64,000 nucleotides of DNA from Chrysomallon squamiferum. Taxonomy: Eukaryota; Animalia; Mollusca. Positions 60,461 through 64,000 of this stretch are shown here, in pieces (position 1 is the stretch's first letter; each line of letters starts with the position of its first letter). The translations under genes were made by a program, and so were the position numbers. Below the pieces are notes generated by a model. The model was not told where the DNA came from. It saw only the letters and a list, made by a program, of their open reading frames with translations, and made no database searches. The DNA is taken from assembly GCA_012295275.1 (NCBI GenBank), contig CM022677.1, forward strand, positions 4,464,001-4,528,000, in the 5' to 3' direction.

Positions 60461-61060
60461 TCTAATAAAAAAGTAAATCCGTAAAGTGCCGACAATCATC
60501 CCGCATTTTTCCGAAAATACAATCCTAAAAAAAAAAAAAAAGATAAAGAGTTTAAAACAAATAAATAAAATAAAGGAACATAACAACCTTTACTAAAATA
60601 TACTCGATGCGGTTCTTTTTTTTTTATTATTATTATTTGTTGCTTTATATTAGCCAATCATTGACGTAAACTTCAAATAAACGGTGTTGTTATTTTCCCC
60701 CCTTCTTTTTCTTTCTTCTTTTTTATTTATTTATATTTATGCATCAAATAAAATCACACTCCACGTTCACAGATATGTACCTGCATTGTCACGGGAGTTA
60801 GTAGAAATTACCTTCCCTTTCACTTGTATTGTTATCAGTATTTCCTAACGACGAAACAATTTTCAACAAAAGATTTCCAGTGAGGTAGATTTATATTTCC
60901 CGCCGATCTTTCTACCTGGTAGAAAGATCGGCGGGAAATATAAATATGTCGACTAGACACATCTCAGATCTGTCTTGAAAAAAGATCAAATCCAACGGTA
61001 GGCCTATAATTCCCACATTTCTAACTACCGTCAATATTTTGCACGCACACGCACAGTCAT
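60265..61060. promoter_or_regulatory. CpG-retaining promoter-like island
   Basis: Local CpG excess, YY1-like aagatggc (60272), CRE-like tgacgt (near 60296 and 60662), and agccaatc CCAAT box (60652), upstream of the CAMSAP N-terminal exons. Confidence 0.4.
60889..60945. repeat. Perfect inverted repeat, 28-bp arms with a 1-nt spacer
   Basis: atttatatttcccgccgatctttctacc-t-ggtagaaagatcggcgggaaatataaat. Confidence 0.97.
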
Positions 61061-61495
61061 ATACAAAGACTGTTTTAAGCTAGATTTATGTATATATAGA
61101 TAAATATATAGACAGATAGATAGATCATAATCATAATATCTGTATGTCAAATGAGTTTAATGTGAAAAAGTAGTACAATAATTCTTCTAGTACTTCAAAT
61201 AGTATATAATTTGTTTTGAGATACTACTGTAGCTGTTATTTAAGAAGCTTTACAAGACAACTTAGAAATGTAACAGATCCGTAATTATCCGCATCATTTT
61301 TAATCAGCCTTAGATCATCATTTCTAATCAACAATTATTCATTTGCATAACACTTTTTAAAATTGAATACAGAAGCATTCGGGATTGTACAGAAATAAAC
61401 TTCTAGAACAATGCATTTATAAATGTTTTTGAAACATTTCAAAAACTGTTTACATAGTATCCTTTTTTCTGTTATTTTTTTTGTATCTGTAAATA

Positions 61496-61557
<62 letters not shown>

Positions 61558-61636
61558 GTTATTATTGTTGTTATTATAAAATATTTTACAACTATTAATC
61601 ATGTATATTTGTTATATATTTATTTTGTATTTACAG

Positions 61637-64000
61637 ATGGTTGAATTTCCACTGGAGTCCATATTGTCCAAGATGTTTGTCATGTCATTTCACTTGACCT
61701 GTAGTTCTGGAATTATCACAGTTGTGTCTGTGTTGTCTGTGCAGAATGCTTTATACAGACCAGAGGTTTGAAATGCATTTTTTGTATTGGTATCACAGAT
61801 ATGATTAAGCTATTATAACATTAAACATCCTAAATTATCATTAAACAAATTTTACATAAAAATCTGATGTTTTGAAAATGAAACAAAATAAATAAAAATA
61901 CAAGAAAATGAATTTATTGTTTTTAAAAACAGAAAGAAGTAAAATTATGCATAAATAAAATAAATTATTTTTCATCCATCCTAAGAAAAATGTTTGACAC
62001 AATGAAAGTTTTGTCACTAAACTGAAAAATTAAATGACATTTTCCTTTTTGTTTGTTATGAACAATAATAAAATACAGAAAAATCGGAGTAAAATAAATT
62101 TATTCTGACTAAACAATTTGTATTTTAATATTTTAGGTGATATTTAAATAGTAATTTGCTTTTGTTTCCAGAGATTACCAATGATAAATTATATACATTT
62201 TTTTTTTTTAGTTAACTGTAATTTTAGTTATTAGAGTTATCAATAATCAATGTTACATTTTTCTTAGTTAACTCACTTTTTTGTTAAGTTTTAGGAACCA
62301 ATAAATGTAATTTATCACTTTACAGGATAAACAAGCCCTTGCTGTCCAGAAAAAAGGCCAGGTTCCTTCAGGCCAAGGATGACCACTTGACCATGTGTGT
62401 AGTGCACAGTTCAGTGAAGAACAGTCACTTCTCCAGTCCTGACTGTTAAGAGAAATTTGTACAGACTCAGACACTCAGATGTACTCAACATGTTTGTAAA
62501 CAGATGCTGGGTATAATAGACAAGTAATTCAGTTTACTACCAGATTTTATAAACTTTAAAATAATAAATTACTTAATTTCACCTGAGAATGTTTTAATAT
62601 TAATATTATTAGATACAATTTTATTGTTTATTTGTAAATACAGACTTTGTCATTGATTTAGCAATTGTGATAACATAGCTGTAAGAGGAAATAGTCAATT
62701 GAACATGTATTTTAGAAAGTTTAAATTTAAAAATTAGAATAAGATAAAAATTACAGATTTTATTTGTTATCAATTTAAAAAATAAAAATAAAATAAAATT
62801 ATATATTATTTATTTTGAAAATTATTAGATTTATATTTAAAGGTTCTGACTTGATTTGTTCAAATTTCTGTTAAACACACACATTCCTAGATAATCAAAA
62901 ATTCAGGAACATAAGAAATATTTTAATAAATTTTACAACTTGACTTTATTTTATTTCACTCGAGATACATATTTGTTGAAAACATCATTCCAAATTCAAA
63001 TGAAGAAAACAAATTATAATAGTTGTTCTACAAAAATGTACAATTTAATGTTTTATTTTCAGAAATAAGCTGGATGTTATATCAGAATCACCACAGAGTA
63101 CAGAAATCCATGTACAGCAGATTCTTACAGCAAAGAAATCACAGGACAGTTACAGACCATCAGAAGTTTTATATGAGTGCTGTTTTAACAGGCTGAGTGA
63201 TTGGTAAGTAAACTGTATGTACATCACATTTGTAATACTATTACTGACATTTTTGTTTTAAATGTATGGATGTCATGTCTGATGTTTTGGACACAAGCTG
63301 GTGTTGTACACAGAGTACAGAAATCTATTTACAGCAGATTCTTCACATCATGTTAGTTTAACTGTCTGCTTGACTGATAAATAAATGTGAACTTTTCTCT
63401 CACAAATTTTAATAAACTTTTCCCTAAGGCCTTTCAGGAACCATGAAGTGTGAAAATTAATTTTAAATGGTCTGTTTCAGGTGATAGTTATTAATTATTA
63501 TTTTTGATAATGACAGTGTGAGAGAAAAACTCTCTACATTTTCACTGTTAATTAAGACAGCTATTTTTATGTTCAGTTTTCAGTTACATTTTTTAATACA
63601 TGAGTAACAGACTCCCAAACTCAAGATTGATACAAAAATCTGTTACTTCTTAGCACAGCTCTGTACTATTAAGTCACAAAACATCAGATTTGATTTATAT
63701 CTAGTGTTCATTTTACATGTCAAATTGTCTAATCGCAGATTTAGAGGTGAACTTTTATAATAAAGACATATTAATATTGTGTATGCCATTCTGAATATTA
63801 TTTTAATAAAGACGTATTTATTTTTGTTTTAAATTTTCAGGGTTGTTTATAATGAGAAGTGTTAATGAAAATCATCTGTTCATTCTAAATGGCTTATTGA
63901 GTTTGCCTCCAAGTTTTTCAAGTTTTCTGATCACACTGAACTAAGCAAGCAGAAGAAATAGCAGAAGATGAAACATCTCAACAAAAAATAAAAAGAAGTT
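61637..64000 (+). pseudogene. DHX8: DHX8/PRP22 helicase 3' exons: 61637-61765, 62326-62523, 63063-63203, 63841 to window end
   Basis: MVEFPLESILSKMFVMSFHLTCS...SVLSVQNALYRPE|DKQALAVQKK...DHLTM...; KLDVIS...RVQKS...FNRLSDW|VVYNE...KWLIEFASKFFKFSDHTELSKQKK*QK match the DHX8 C-terminus. Many small deletions and stops. Confidence 0.9.

Overview
AT-rich animal genomic DNA with GT-AG introns and dense micro/minisatellites. It looks invertebrate, possibly molluscan, but the taxon is only inferred. A 200-N scaffold gap lies at 45133-45332. I found no convincing intact protein-coding gene. Instead the window is a chain of about 10 intron-containing, truncated and mutated fragments of unrelated genes. 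In order: an unidentified gene (1-7.1 kb), MCC/USHBP1, an EGF-repeat gene, FNDC3, a repeated unknown exon module, an EGFR-family receptor missing its middle, a small signal-peptide-like fragment, GIMAP/AIG1, CAMSAP in two oppositely oriented halves, an unknown two-exon piece and DHX8. All fragments left of the gap lie on the minus strand. Many tandem arrays start exactly at splice sites and copy the exon end plus donor or acceptor. Also present are a CpG-rich 372-bp satellite at the gap, Tc1, Sola2-like, LINE and SINE remnants, and a perfect 28-bp-arm palindrome. Gene identities come from hand translation compared with remembered family sequences, not database searches.
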